From: Anaeromyxobacter sp.
GTDB taxonomy: Bacteria; Myxococcota; Myxococcia; Myxococcales; Anaeromyxobacteraceae
Reading direction: 5' to 3'
Length of the DNA: 64,000 nucleotides
Assembly (NCBI GenBank): GCA_049840735.1
Contig: JASGJN010000013.1
Location: 672,001-736,000, forward strand
Part shown: positions 10,008 to 19,393 of the stretch, one piece after another
Numbering within the stretch: the first letter of the stretch is position 1
How the letters are laid out: each line of letters starts with the position of its first letter
The notes under the pieces: generated by a model
What the model saw: the letters and a program-made list of their open reading frames with translations, nothing else
What the model was told of the DNA's origin: nothing
The model's database searches: none
Translations under genes and position numbers: made by a program

Positions 10008-10475
10008 ATGCTGATGCCAGAGCTCATCCGCTTCCTCTGGGCGTTCATCCTCGCCTGCGTTGCGCTCATGATCTTCCCCTTCTCGGACACCGGCATCCTG
10101 GCGGGCTTCCCCCGCCTGCTCCGCGTGGCCCAGTCGCTGCGCTGGGTGTTCCCGATCCTCTCGGTGATCCTCTTCGTGGTGGCGGGGCGCCTGGATGGGC
10201 GGCGCACGGACCGCCTGCTGGCGAGCGGGCGCAGCGCGCCGGCCACCGTGCTCGAGGTTCGCGATCGCGGCATCTCGATCGGCGAGAGCCCGGTGCTGAC
10301 GGTGAAGCTGCGGGTGATGCCGGAGGGCGCGGCGCCGTTCGAGGCGGAGGTCGCCTTCGTCCCCTCCCGCGTCACCATGGGGATTGTCCAGGCCGGCGCC
10401 GCGGCGACGGTGCGCTATGACCCCGCCGACCCCGGCACCATCGCCGTGGAGAGCGTGATGGTGTCGTCCCACTGA
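10008..10475 (+). CDS. Membrane protein, two TM helices plus small beta domain (DUF3592-like)
   Basis: Two hydrophobic N-terminal segments, then G..APATVLEV and VRYDPADP. Confidence 0.6.
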   Translation: MLMPELIRFLWAFILACVALMIFPFSDTGILAGFPRLLRVAQSLRWVFPILSVILFVVAGRLDGRRTDRLLASGRSAPATVLEVRDRGISIGESPVLTVKLRVMPEGAAPFEAEVAFVPSRVTMGIVQAGAAATVRYDPADPGTIAVESVMVSSH

Positions 10476-10485
10476 CCGCCCGGCC

Positions 10486-13081
10486 ATGAAGATCGTCAAG
10501 CCGCAGCGGCTCTCGCTCCTCTCCCGCACCTTCGAGCATCGGAGGACCATCCGCCTCTCGGTGGCGGCGCTGGTGCTCTTCGATCTGGAGGACCCGCGCC
10601 GCATCCTCACCGAGGCCAGCCTCTGGAAGACGCTCCCGCCCGAGCTGGGCCGCGACGCGGCCCTGGACGCGGCCATGCCCAAGGCGCGGGCCGAGTTCCT
10701 GGTCACCGGGTTCGCCTTCCCGCCAGGCGGCGCGCCCGCCATCGCATGCGCGCCGTGCGCGGCGATCGGACCGCTGGAGAAGACGCTCCGCGCCATCGGC
10801 GACCGCACCTGGGTGGACGGCGTCGCCTCCTCGCCCGTCCCCTTCACGCGCCTCCGGCTCGGCTGGGAGCATGGGTTCGGCGGGCCGAAGTTCCCCCAGA
10901 ACCCGCTCGGCAAGGGGGCCGCGCCCATGCCCGGCCCAGACGGCCAGGGGAAGGTCCACCCGCTCCCCAACCTCGAGGATCCCCGCCAGCCCATCCGCTC
11001 CCTGCGCGACCGGCCGGCGCCGGCCGGCTTCGGGCCCATCGACCTCACCTGGCCGCAGCGCGCGCGCAAGGCCGGCACCTACGATTGCCGCTGGCAGGAG
11101 ACCACCTACCCTGGCCTGCCGGACGACCTGGACTGGACGTTCTTCAACGTCGCCGCCGAGGACCAGCAGCGGGACGCCCCGTTCCAGCCGGGCGAGCCGT
11201 TCCGCCTGGAGCACCTGCACCCGGAGCGCCGCTGCATCGAGGGTCGGCTGCCTGGCGCGGTGGCGCGCTGCTTCGCCACCATCCGCACGCCGCAGGGAGA
11301 GGCGTTCCGCGAGATCCCGACCCGGCTCGACACGGTCTGGTTCTTCCCGCACCTGCTGCGCGGCGTGCTCGTCTTCCACGGCTCGACCGCGGTCGCCGAG
11401 GACGACGCCGACGACGTGCTGCACCTGGTCGCGGCGCTGGAGGAGGCTGGACGGCCCCGCCCCGCGGACCACTACCGGGAGGTGCTGGCGCTGCGGCTCG
11501 ACCGCCAGCGTGGCGCGCTGGCCATGCTGGACGAGGCGGCGCTGGTGCCGCCCTGGCCCGGCCTCGCCGAGCCGTTCGACCCCGGCGACGCGCCGGAGCC
11601 GGAGGTGGACCTGCTGGCCGAGAACCAGCGCCGCGCCGCCGATCGGGCCCTGGCGGAGCTCCGCGAGACCCTGGCCGCAGAGGGCTACGCCATCCCCGAG
11701 CCCCCGGGCCCGCCGCCGGCGGGAGGCGGCGCCGGCGCCGGCGCCGAGCGCTCGATGGCGGAGATGGTGGCGCAGGCGCAGGCGGTGCAGGCCTGGGCCG
11801 AGCAGGGGCAGGCAGAGGCCAGGGAGGAGCTGCGCGCAGCGCTGGCCGCGCAGGGGCTCGATCCCGACGCGCCGCCGCCGGGCGGCCCCCCGACCTTCAG
11901 CGCAGACGAGGAGCTGGCCGGGCTCCGGGCCGCGGCCGCGGAGGCGCCGGACGGCGCGTTCGCGCGGATGGCCTCGGGATCCGTCCACCGAGCCACGGCT
12001 GCGCGAGGCCGAGAACGCCATGCGTGAAGGGTACCGGCTCACCGCGCACCACGGCGCGCCCGCCGCCCCCCGCGACGCGGCCGCCGCCCGGGCACTCCGG
12101 GAGGCCCTGCTGGCCGGCCTCGCGGCCGGCGAGAGCATGGACGGCCGCGACCTGACCGGCGCGGACCTGGCCGGCGCTGCGCTCGCAGGCGCGAACCTGG
12201 CCGGCGCGTTCCTGGAGGGGGCGAAGCTGGCCGGGGCCGACCTCCGCGGCGCCGATCTCTCGCGGGCCGTGCTGGCCCGGGCCGACCTCTCGGGCGCGGA
12301 CCTGGGCGGCGCGCGGCTGGCCGGCGCGAACCTGGGCGGCGCCGCGCTGCGCGACGCTCGGCTGGCCGAGGCGGACCTCACGGCGGCCATCCTGAACCGG
12401 GCCGAACTCCGCGGGGCCTCGCTGGCCGGGGCCCGCGCCGAGAAGGCAGAGCTGGGCGAGGCGCGGCTGGCCGGCGCCGACCTCTCCGGCCTGCGCGCTC
12501 CCGGGATCGTCCTGCAGAAGGTCGATCTCACCGGGCTCCGGCTGTCCGGAGCCGACCTGTCGCAGGCGACGCTCATCGAGTGCCGCCTCGACCGGGCCGA
12601 CCTGTCCGGCGCGATCATGGAAGGCGCGACGCTGCTCTCCTCCCAGGCGTGCGGCGCCGACCTGCGGAAGGCCCGGCTCGCGCGCATCCGGGTGGTGGGT
12701 GAGAGCAGCCTGGCGGAGGCGGACCTGCGCGAGGCCGACCTCGACGGCGCCAACCTGCGCGGCGCGAAGCTGTCGGGGGCGCGCCTGGAGGGGGCGCGCC
12801 TGGGCGCCGCCGACCTGTCCGGCGCCGACCTGCGCGGCGCCCGGCTCGCCGGCGCCACCGCCCGCGACTCACGGTGGGTCCGGGCCGATCTGACGGGCGC
12901 CGTCGCCGACGGGGCCGATTTGATGGGGGCCATCCTCCAGAAGGCCACGCTCTCCGGCGCACGGTTCCACGGCGCGAGCCTGTACGGCGCGGACCTCTCG
13001 CGCGTGGTCGTCCAGACGCCGCTCGCGCTGGAGTCCGCGAACGTGAAGAAGGTGCGCTTTCGCCCGGTGAGGGTGCGGTGA
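10486..13081 (+). CDS. DUF2169 T6SS adaptor fused to pentapeptide repeats (TagAB-like; about 864 aa, apparent frameshift near 11977)
   Basis: MKIVKP.RLSLL, LDAAMPK...EFLV.G, FGG....NPLGKG, PAGFGP, GTYD..W, FFNVA..DQQ, LDTVWFFP; C-terminal A(D/N)L.G repeats in the next frame. Confidence 0.85.
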
Positions 13082-14137
13082 CCGCCGACGAGCTCCGCGC
13101 GCTGGCCCGCTCTGGCCAGCCCATCACCGCGCTCGATCTCGCCGGCAGCGACCTGCAGGGCGCCGACCTGTCCGGCGCGGTGTTCGAGCGCGTCTCGTTC
13201 CGCGGCGCCCGGCTGGAGGGGGCCACGCTGCGCGGGTCGCTCCTGGGCGAGTGCGAGCTGGGCCAGGCCGCGCTCGACGGCGCCGACCTGCGGCAGGTGG
13301 TGCTCGACCGCTGCCGGGCCGAGGGCGCCCGCCTCGGCGAGGCCCGGCTCGGCTCCGCCCGCCTGCTCCGGTGCAATCTCTCCGGCTGCGATCTCGTCCG
13401 GGGCGGAGCTCCTCCGGACCGCCTTCTCCTCCTGCCGCCTCGCCGGCGCGCGCCTCACCCGTGCTCGGGCTACCGAGAGCTCGCTCCTCGACTGTGACAC
13501 CGCGGGGATCGACCTCTCCGGCGCCCGCCTGGAGCGGGCCGTGCTGGGCGGGGCCGACCTGACCACCGCCAAGCTCGACGGGGCGACGTTCGAGCTGACC
13601 GTGCTCGCCGCGACCCGGCTCGCCGGCGCGTCGCTCGGCGGCGCCGCCTTCCCGCGCTGTCAGCTGGTGGAGGCGGACCTGACCGCCTGCGACCTCCGGG
13701 GCGCGGACCTCACCGGCGCGAACTTCAAGGGGGCCACCCTCGAGCGCGCCCGCCTCGACGAGGTGCGCGCGGAGAACGCCCTCTTCCCGGGAGCGCGGCT
13801 GGCCGGCGCCTCCCTGGTGGGCGCCAGGCTCCGCCAGGCCATCCTGGCCGACGCGGATCTCACCGGCGCCGATGCGTCGGGCGCCGACCTGCAGCAGGCC
13901 ATCCTGCAGCGCGCGCGCTGCAGCGCCGCCCGGCTTGCGGGCGCCGACCTCACCTACGCCGACCTGTCGCACGCCAATCTCACCGGGGCCGATCTGACCG
14001 GCGCGAAGGTCTTCCGCGCCCGGCTGCACCTGGCGCGGACCGCCCGCGCCCTGATCCCCGGACGCAGCCTGGCCCTGGGCGACGACGCCGAGCTGGCCGA
14101 GGCCGAGCGGTACCGGCCCTCTCTCCCCCCGAGGTGA
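13078..14137 (+). CDS. Pentapeptide repeat protein (TagB-like; about 352 aa, apparent frameshift near 13396)
   Basis: GTGA overlap with upstream stop; continuous ADLxG/ARLxG repeats across two frames. Confidence 0.85.
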
Positions 14138-14140
14138 ACG

Positions 14141-14791
14141 ATGATCCACGCACTCAAGCCCTCGCTGCCCGCCGCCCCCTGCCTCGAGATCGGGACGGTG
14201 GTGAGCTGCCTGGACGGCCGCATCACCGTCGTGAACGCCCAGGGCGAGTGGCGGGCACGCCGCGCCGTGAGCTGCCTGGTGGCGCCCGAGCCCGGCGACC
14301 TGGTGCTCCTCCTCGATGGTCTGGCGGGCGAGGCCTTCGTCACGGCGGTGCTGGCCCGCGAGGCCGGGGTGCCGCTCCGGCTCGAGGCGGCCGGCGACGT
14401 GGCGTGGCACCTGCCCGAGGGGCGGTTCTCGGTCGCGGCCGGCGGCGGGCTCGACCTCGCCACCACGGCGCGCGCCAGCGTCGAGGCCGCGGAGCTGCGC
14501 CTCACCGCGGGCGAGGCGGGGTTGCAGGTGCAGCGGCTCTCCTTCCTGGGACGGATCGTCCAGGCGCAGGTCGAGTCGCTGAAGCTGGTGGCCGGTGCGC
14601 TCGACCAGACCCTGGAGCGGCTCTGGCAGCGCGTGCGCCGCTCCTACCGCTTCGTCCAGGAGGACGACCACGTGCGCGCCGGGAACCTGGACTACGCCGC
14701 CCAGGAGAGCGCCCATGTCCGCGGCAGGAACGCCCTGGTCACCGCCGACCAGCTCGTGAAGGTCGACGGCGGCCAGGTCCACATCGGCTGA
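14141..14791 (+). CDS. DUF3540 protein (TagC-like)
   Basis: ARRAVSCLVAPEPGDLVL, VTAVLAR, SYRFV..DDHVRAG.LDY, LVKVDGGQVHIG. Confidence 0.85.
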   Translation: MIHALKPSLPAAPCLEIGTVVSCLDGRITVVNAQGEWRARRAVSCLVAPEPGDLVLLLDGLAGEAFVTAVLAREAGVPLRLEAAGDVAWHLPEGRFSVAAGGGLDLATTARASVEAAELRLTAGEAGLQVQRLSFLGRIVQAQVESLKLVAGALDQTLERLWQRVRRSYRFVQEDDHVRAGNLDYAAQESAHVRGRNALVTADQLVKVDGGQVHIG

Positions 14792-14801
14792 GGGAGCCCC
14801 C

Positions 14802-15197
14802 ATGTTCGCCAACACCCAGCTTTCCGGCCTCGACGTCGGCTTCCCGGACGTCTGCCTCACGCCCGCGGCCCCCTCCCCCATCCCCATCCCCTACCCCAAC
14901 CTCGCCGCCGGCCCCATGGGCGTGCCGGCGGCCTACCACGTGCTCCTGGGGATGGCGCCCGCCCACAACCTGGGCACGGTGGTGCCCCTGACCAACGGTG
15001 ACAATGCCGGCGTGCTCACCGGCGTCGCGTCCGGCACGGTCATGGGACCGGGCCGCCACCTCACCGGCGCCTTCACGGTGCTGGTGGGCGGGATGCCGGC
15101 CACGCGCCTCACCAGCGTGGCCCTCCAGAACTCGACCAACTGCCCCGGGGTCCGGCTGGTCCCGAGCCAGGTCAAGGTACTGCTGCTCGCCCCCTGA
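14802..15197 (+). CDS. DUF4150 PAAR-like spike tip protein (TagD-like)
   Basis: MFANTQ..G...GFPDVCLTP...PIPYPN, GD..G...GV.SG, PSQ.KV. Confidence 0.9.
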   Translation: MFANTQLSGLDVGFPDVCLTPAAPSPIPIPYPNLAAGPMGVPAAYHVLLGMAPAHNLGTVVPLTNGDNAGVLTGVASGTVMGPGRHLTGAFTVLVGGMPATRLTSVALQNSTNCPGVRLVPSQVKVLLLAP

Positions 15198-15218
15198 AGC
15201 GGCGCGCCCGCGCCGCAC

Positions 15219-15256
15219 GGTCCGCCACGCGGACCCCGTGGTCCGCGCCGCGGACC
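15219..15256. promoter_or_regulatory. Tandem perfect palindromes GGTCCGC-N3-GCGGACC
   Basis: 15219-15235 and 15240-15256, 21 bp apart. Confidence 0.75.
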
Positions 15257-15308
15257 GTCCTCCGCGGGCCCGCCCGTGCAAGCCCGCGGATCCAGGCGTC
15301 CCGCCCCC

Positions 15309-15324
15309 TGGCACGCGCCGTGAA
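15309..15324 (+). promoter_or_regulatory. Sigma54-like promoter (GA instead of GC at -12)
   Basis: TGGCACGCGCCGTGAA; same distance to palindromes and to start codon as the 5650 promoter. Confidence 0.6.
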
Positions 15325-15336
15325 GTGCCGGCCAGC

Positions 15337-16305
15337 GTGCTCTTCCTCGACCTGCCCCGCCTGTCGCGCGGGTTCGCCGCCCTCGCTCCAGAGGCCCGCC
15401 GCCTGGGCGACGAGGCCGCGGCTGGCGCCGGCGCCGCGCTGGGGGCGCTGCTCGGCTGCGAGGTGGGCGTCCGCGGCCGGGCCACGCCGGGGCCGGGCGG
15501 GCCGCTGCTGGGCGCGGCACGCCTCCCGCTGGCGCTGCAGGCGGTCCCGGCCGCCGGCGCCCTGGAGGTGGAGGCGGCGCTGGTGGCAGCGGTGGCGGAC
15601 CGGCTCGCGGGCGGCGACGGGGCGGTCGCCGGCGCCACCGCGCTCACGCCGGTGGAGGGCAGCCTGCTGGAGCTGCTCGCGCTGACCGCGCTGGACGGTG
15701 CCTGCCGCGTTCCCCAGCTGGAGGCGGCGCTGGGGCCGCGCCTGGCACGCACCGGCCCTTCGCCGGCTTCGCCGCTCTGCATCGAGCTGGAGCTGGCCGC
15801 CGGTCCGCTGCGCGGCCGCGGGCGGCTGCTGCTCGAGGCGGGGGCGGTGCGGGCGCTGGCGGGCGCGCCTCCGCTGCCGGGCGGGAGCCTGGCCCTGCCG
15901 GTCTCGTATCGGCAAGGCCGGGCGGAGCTGCTGCCTGAGGAGCTGGAGGCGCTCTTCCCGGGCGACGTGGTGCTGCTCGAGGCGGAGCGCGGCGAGGTGC
16001 TGGTGCTGCCCGGCGGCGCGCGGGCCAGCGGGTTCCTGGACGAGGAGGGCTTCCACGTGGACGAGACGGGGCGCACCAGCCGGACGGCGCAGCTGCCGGT
16101 GGTGCTGGAGGTGGAGCTGGCGCGGGTGGAGCTGACGCTCTCGGAGCTCTCGGCGCTGGCGCCGGGCGGGGTGGTGCCGCTGGCGGTGGACCGCCGCGGC
16201 CGCGTGACCCTGCGGGCCGGGGAGCGGGCCGTGGCGCAGGGCGAGCTGGTCGAGATCGAGGGGGCGCTGGGCGTGCGGATCACCGCGCTGGAGGTGGGGC
16301 CGTGA
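15337..16305 (+). CDS. sctQ: SctQ / FliM-FliN family C-ring protein
   Basis: C-terminal SpoA domain LPVVLEVELARVELTLSEL..L.PG.VV, GELVEIEGALGVRI; GTG 15337. Confidence 0.8.
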   Translation: MLFLDLPRLSRGFAALAPEARRLGDEAAAGAGAALGALLGCEVGVRGRATPGPGGPLLGAARLPLALQAVPAAGALEVEAALVAAVADRLAGGDGAVAGATALTPVEGSLLELLALTALDGACRVPQLEAALGPRLARTGPSPASPLCIELELAAGPLRGRGRLLLEAGAVRALAGAPPLPGGSLALPVSYRQGRAELLPEELEALFPGDVVLLEAERGEVLVLPGGARASGFLDEEGFHVDETGRTSRTAQLPVVLEVELARVELTLSELSALAPGGVVPLAVDRRGRVTLRAGERAVAQGELVEIEGALGVRITALEVGP

Positions 16306-16667
16306 TCGCCGCCCGCCTCCACGCCGCGGGCCCCTGGGCCCGGCGCCTGCTGCCCGTCCTCGGCGGCGCGCTCGCGCTGGGGTTCCTGGCCCTGCTGGCG
16401 GCCGCGCCCGGGGGCTCCGGCGCCGCCGCCGCGCGCATCTCGCTGCTCGCCGGGGCCCTGACGGCGTTGGCGGTGCTGGCCCGGCGCCTGCGCGTCCGCG
16501 CCGGCGCGCCCGCGCCGCTCCGCGTCCTGGCCCGCGCCGCCCTCTCGCGCGAGGCGGGGGTGGCGCTGCTGGAGGTGCACGGGCGCCCGCAGCTCGTCGG
16601 GTACGGCCCGGGCGGCGTGCGGGTCCTGGGGGAGGTGCCGCCCCCGCCCGCGGAGGACGCGCCGTGA
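16302..16667 (+). CDS. FliO-like small membrane protein
   Basis: TM segments then LRVLARAALS...VALLEV.GR..LVGYG..GV..L; between sctQ and sctR. Confidence 0.65.
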   Translation: MIAARLHAAGPWARRLLPVLGGALALGFLALLAAAPGGSGAAAARISLLAGALTALAVLARRLRVRAGAPAPLRVLARAALSREAGVALLEVHGRPQLVGYGPGGVRVLGEVPPPPAEDAP

Positions 16668-17338
16668 TCGCCGCCCTCCTCGTCCCGGACGCGGGGCCGG
16701 TGGCGGCGCGGCCGGCCGAGCTGCTGGTGCTCCTGGCCGCCCTGGCCGTGGTGCCGGCGGCGCTGGTGATGCTCACCTCCTTCCTCAAGATCTCGGTGGT
16801 CCTCTCCATCGCGCGGTCGGCGCTGGGCGCGCCGCAGGTGCCGCCGTCCTCGGTGGTCACCGGGCTCTCGCTGGTCCTGTCGCTCCTGGTGATGACGCCG
16901 GTGGCGGAGCAGTGCCTGGCCGCGGCCGGGCGCGAGGACGGCGCCGGCGCGGAGGCCGCGCTGGCGCGCCTGGAGCGCGCCTCCGGCCCGCTGCGCGGCT
17001 TCCTGCAGCGGTTCGCCAGCCCGGACGACCGGGCCGCCTTCGCCGAGGTGGCCACGCGCCTCAGGCCGGTCGGCGCGGCGCCGCCGGGCGAGTCCGACCT
17101 GGCGGTGCTGGCGCCGGCCTTCGTGGTCTCGGAGCTGCGCCGCGCCTTCACCATCGGCTTCCTGGTCTTCCTCCCCTTCCTGGTGGTGGACCTGGTGGTC
17201 GCGAACGTCCTGCTGGCGCTGGGGCTCACCCAGCTCTCGCCCACCTCGGTCTCGCTGCCCTTCAAGCTGCTCCTCTTCGTCGCCGTGGACGGCTGGCGCG
17301 TGCTGGCCCGGGCGCTGGCGCTCTCCTACCTGGGGTGA
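16664..17338 (+). CDS. sctR: Export gate SctR (FliP family)
   Basis: TSFLKISVVL...RSALG..QVPP, PAF..SEL..AF.IG, LPFLVVDLVVANVLLALG, SLPFKLLLFV.VDGW. Confidence 0.92.
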   Translation: MIAALLVPDAGPVAARPAELLVLLAALAVVPAALVMLTSFLKISVVLSIARSALGAPQVPPSSVVTGLSLVLSLLVMTPVAEQCLAAAGREDGAGAEAALARLERASGPLRGFLQRFASPDDRAAFAEVATRLRPVGAAPPGESDLAVLAPAFVVSELRRAFTIGFLVFLPFLVVDLVVANVLLALGLTQLSPTSVSLPFKLLLFVAVDGWRVLARALALSYLG

Positions 17339-17607
17339 CCGTGGATCCGGCCCTGCTGCAGCTCGCCCGCGAGGCGCTGGTGGCCGCCTCGCTGGCCTCG
17401 GCGCCGCCGCTCGCCGCCGCGCTGGCGGTCGGGCTCCTCACCGGCGTGCTCCAGGCGGCCACCACGGTGCAGGAGCCTTCGCTGGCGGTGGTGCCGCGGC
17501 TGGCGGCGGTGCTCGGGGCGCTGCTGGTGGCCGCCCCCTGGATCGCCGCGCAGGTGGTCCGCTTCGCGGTGGCCTGCCTCGAGGCGGCCGCCTGGAGGTG
17601 GCCGTGA
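17335..17607 (+). CDS. sctS: Export gate SctS (FliQ family)
   Basis: VGLL.G.LQAAT.VQEPSL..VPRL; GTG 17335. Confidence 0.85.
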   Translation: MTVDPALLQLAREALVAASLASAPPLAAALAVGLLTGVLQAATTVQEPSLAVVPRLAAVLGALLVAAPWIAAQVVRFAVACLEAAAWRWP

Positions 17608-18368
17608 CCGCGCCGGGGCTGGAGGGCTTCTGGCCGCTGGCCGGGGCGGCCCTGCTGCACGCGCTGCGGCTGCTCCCGCTGGCGCTCACCTCGCCGCTGC
17701 TGGGCGGCCCGCTCCTGCCGCCGGCCGGCCGGCTGGGGCTGGCCTTCGGGCTGGGCGGGGTCGCGGCCTGGCTCGCCGCGCCGCCGCCCCCGGCCAGCTG
17801 GCCGGCCGCGTGCGCCACCGAGGCGGCGCTGGGGCTGGGGCTGGCGGTGCTGGCGGCCGCGCCGCTGGAGGCGGCCCGCGGCGCGGGGCGGCTGGTGGAC
17901 ACCTTCCGCGGCGCCACGCTGGCCGAGCTGCACGTGGCCCCGCTGCGCCAGCGCGAGAGCGCCGCCGGCGACCTGCTGGCGCAGCTGGTGCTGGTGCTGG
18001 CCGGGTGGGCCGGCGGGGAGCGGCTGCTGGTCGGCGGCCTGCTCGGCTCCTTCGCGACGCTGCCCGCCGGCGCGCCGTTCGCGGGCGCGGGGCTGCGCGA
18101 GGCGGTGCTGGCCTCCAGCGCCGCGCTGCTCTCCAGCGCGGTGGCGCTCTCGCTGCCGGCCGCCGCCGGCGTGCTCTGCGCCGACCTGGCCCTGGCCGGC
18201 GCCTCCCGCGTGGCCCCGCAGCTCGGCGCCGTCAACGCGGCCCAGCCGCTGCGCGCCACGCTGGGGCTCCTGGCCCTGGCCGGCGTGGCGGCCACCGCCG
18301 GAGGCCGGCTGGCGGGGCTCCTGCTGGCGCCGCTGCAGCTGCCGCTCCCGGCGGGAGGGCTGCCGTGA
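17604..18368 (+). CDS. sctT: Export gate SctT (FliR family), divergent
   Basis: EAALG, AGRLVD..RG, ADL....SRVAPQL; position between sctS and sctU. Confidence 0.8.
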   Translation: MTAPGLEGFWPLAGAALLHALRLLPLALTSPLLGGPLLPPAGRLGLAFGLGGVAAWLAAPPPPASWPAACATEAALGLGLAVLAAAPLEAARGAGRLVDTFRGATLAELHVAPLRQRESAAGDLLAQLVLVLAGWAGGERLLVGGLLGSFATLPAGAPFAGAGLREAVLASSAALLSSAVALSLPAAAGVLCADLALAGASRVAPQLGAVNAAQPLRATLGLLALAGVAATAGGRLAGLLLAPLQLPLPAGGLP

Positions 18369-19393
18369 CGTCCCGCACCGAGGAGCCCACCCCGCGCCGG
18401 CTGCGCGAGGCCCGGCGCCGCGGCCAGGTGGCCGCCAGCCGCGAGCTGACCGCGGCGGCGGCGCTGGCCGGCGGCCTGCTGGCCCTGGCCGCGACCGCGC
18501 CGTGGGTGGGCGCTGCGCTGCTGGCGCAGCTGCGCGAGGGGCTGGCCCGCGCGGTGCTGGCGCCGACGGCGCCCGGGCCGGCGCTGACCGGCGCGGCCGC
18601 GGCGGTGATGCGGCTGGTGCTGGCGCCTTGCCTGGGGGCGCTGGTGGCGGGCGCGCTGGCCGGCGCGGCGCAGTCCGGGTTCCTGTTCAGCCCCGGGGCG
18701 CTGCGGCCGCGCCTCTCGCGGCTGTCGCCCGCGGCGGGGCTGCGCCGGCTGGTGACCCCGGCCCAGCTCGCCGGGGTGGCGCTGGGGCTCCTCAAGGCGG
18801 CGCTGCTCCTGGCGGTGGCGTGGCGCTGGGCGCGCGCGGAGGCCCCCGGCGTGCTCGCGCTTGCGCGGCTCGAGCCGGACGCCGCCTGGCGCTGGCTGCC
18901 GGCGCTGGCCGGCCTCCTGGCGCGGCTGGCGGCGGCGCTGGTGGCCCTGGGGCTTTTGGACCTGCTCCTGGCGCGGCGGCGGCACCGGCGCGGGCTGCGC
19001 ATGACCAGGGACGAGGTCCGGCGGGAGCACCGGGAGGACGAGGGTGACCCGGCGCTCCGCGCCGAGCGCCGCCGGCTGGGCCGGGCGCTGGTGGAGGCCG
19101 GCCCGGTGGCGCGCGCCACCGTGCTGGTGGTGAACCCGACGCGGCTCGCGGTGGCGCTCCGGCACCGGCGCGGCGGGGACGAGGCGCCGCGGGTGGTGGC
19201 CAAGGGCGCGGGGCGCGACGCCGCCCGGCTCCGCTCGGCGGCGCGGCGCGCCGGCGTGCCCATCGTGGAGAACGTGCCGCTGGCGCGGGCGCTCCACCGG
19301 CTGGTGGAGCTGGGCGACGAGATCCCCGAGGAGCTCTACGAGGGCGCGGCCGCGGTGCTGGCCCACCTCTACGGGCGGGAGGCCTCCCCGTGA
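18365..19393 (+). CDS. sctU: Export switch SctU (FlhB family)
   Basis: RTEEPTPRRLREARRRGQVA.SREL, MTRDEVRREHREDEGDP, VVNPTR, APRVVAKG, VPIVEN.PLARAL. Confidence 0.92.
   Translation: MTSRTEEPTPRRLREARRRGQVAASRELTAAAALAGGLLALAATAPWVGAALLAQLREGLARAVLAPTAPGPALTGAAAAVMRLVLAPCLGALVAGALAGAAQSGFLFSPGALRPRLSRLSPAAGLRRLVTPAQLAGVALGLLKAALLLAVAWRWARAEAPGVLALARLEPDAAWRWLPALAGLLARLAAALVALGLLDLLLARRRHRRGLRMTRDEVRREHREDEGDPALRAERRRLGRALVEAGPVARATVLVVNPTRLAVALRHRRGGDEAPRVVAKGAGRDAARLRSAARRAGVPIVENVPLARALHRLVELGDEIPEELYEGAAAVLAHLYGREASP

Noticed and set aside
7698..14137. Spike cassette as a decaying pseudogene cluster
   Set aside because: No in-frame stops after single-base repair; breaks coincide with GATC as they do in rpmE and gspC, so an artefact is more likely (unconfirmed without reads)
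12130..14137. Qnr/MfpA quinolone-resistance pentapeptide proteins
   Set aside because: DUF2169 fusion and the vgrG/DUF3540/DUF4150 context indicate T6SS accessory proteins
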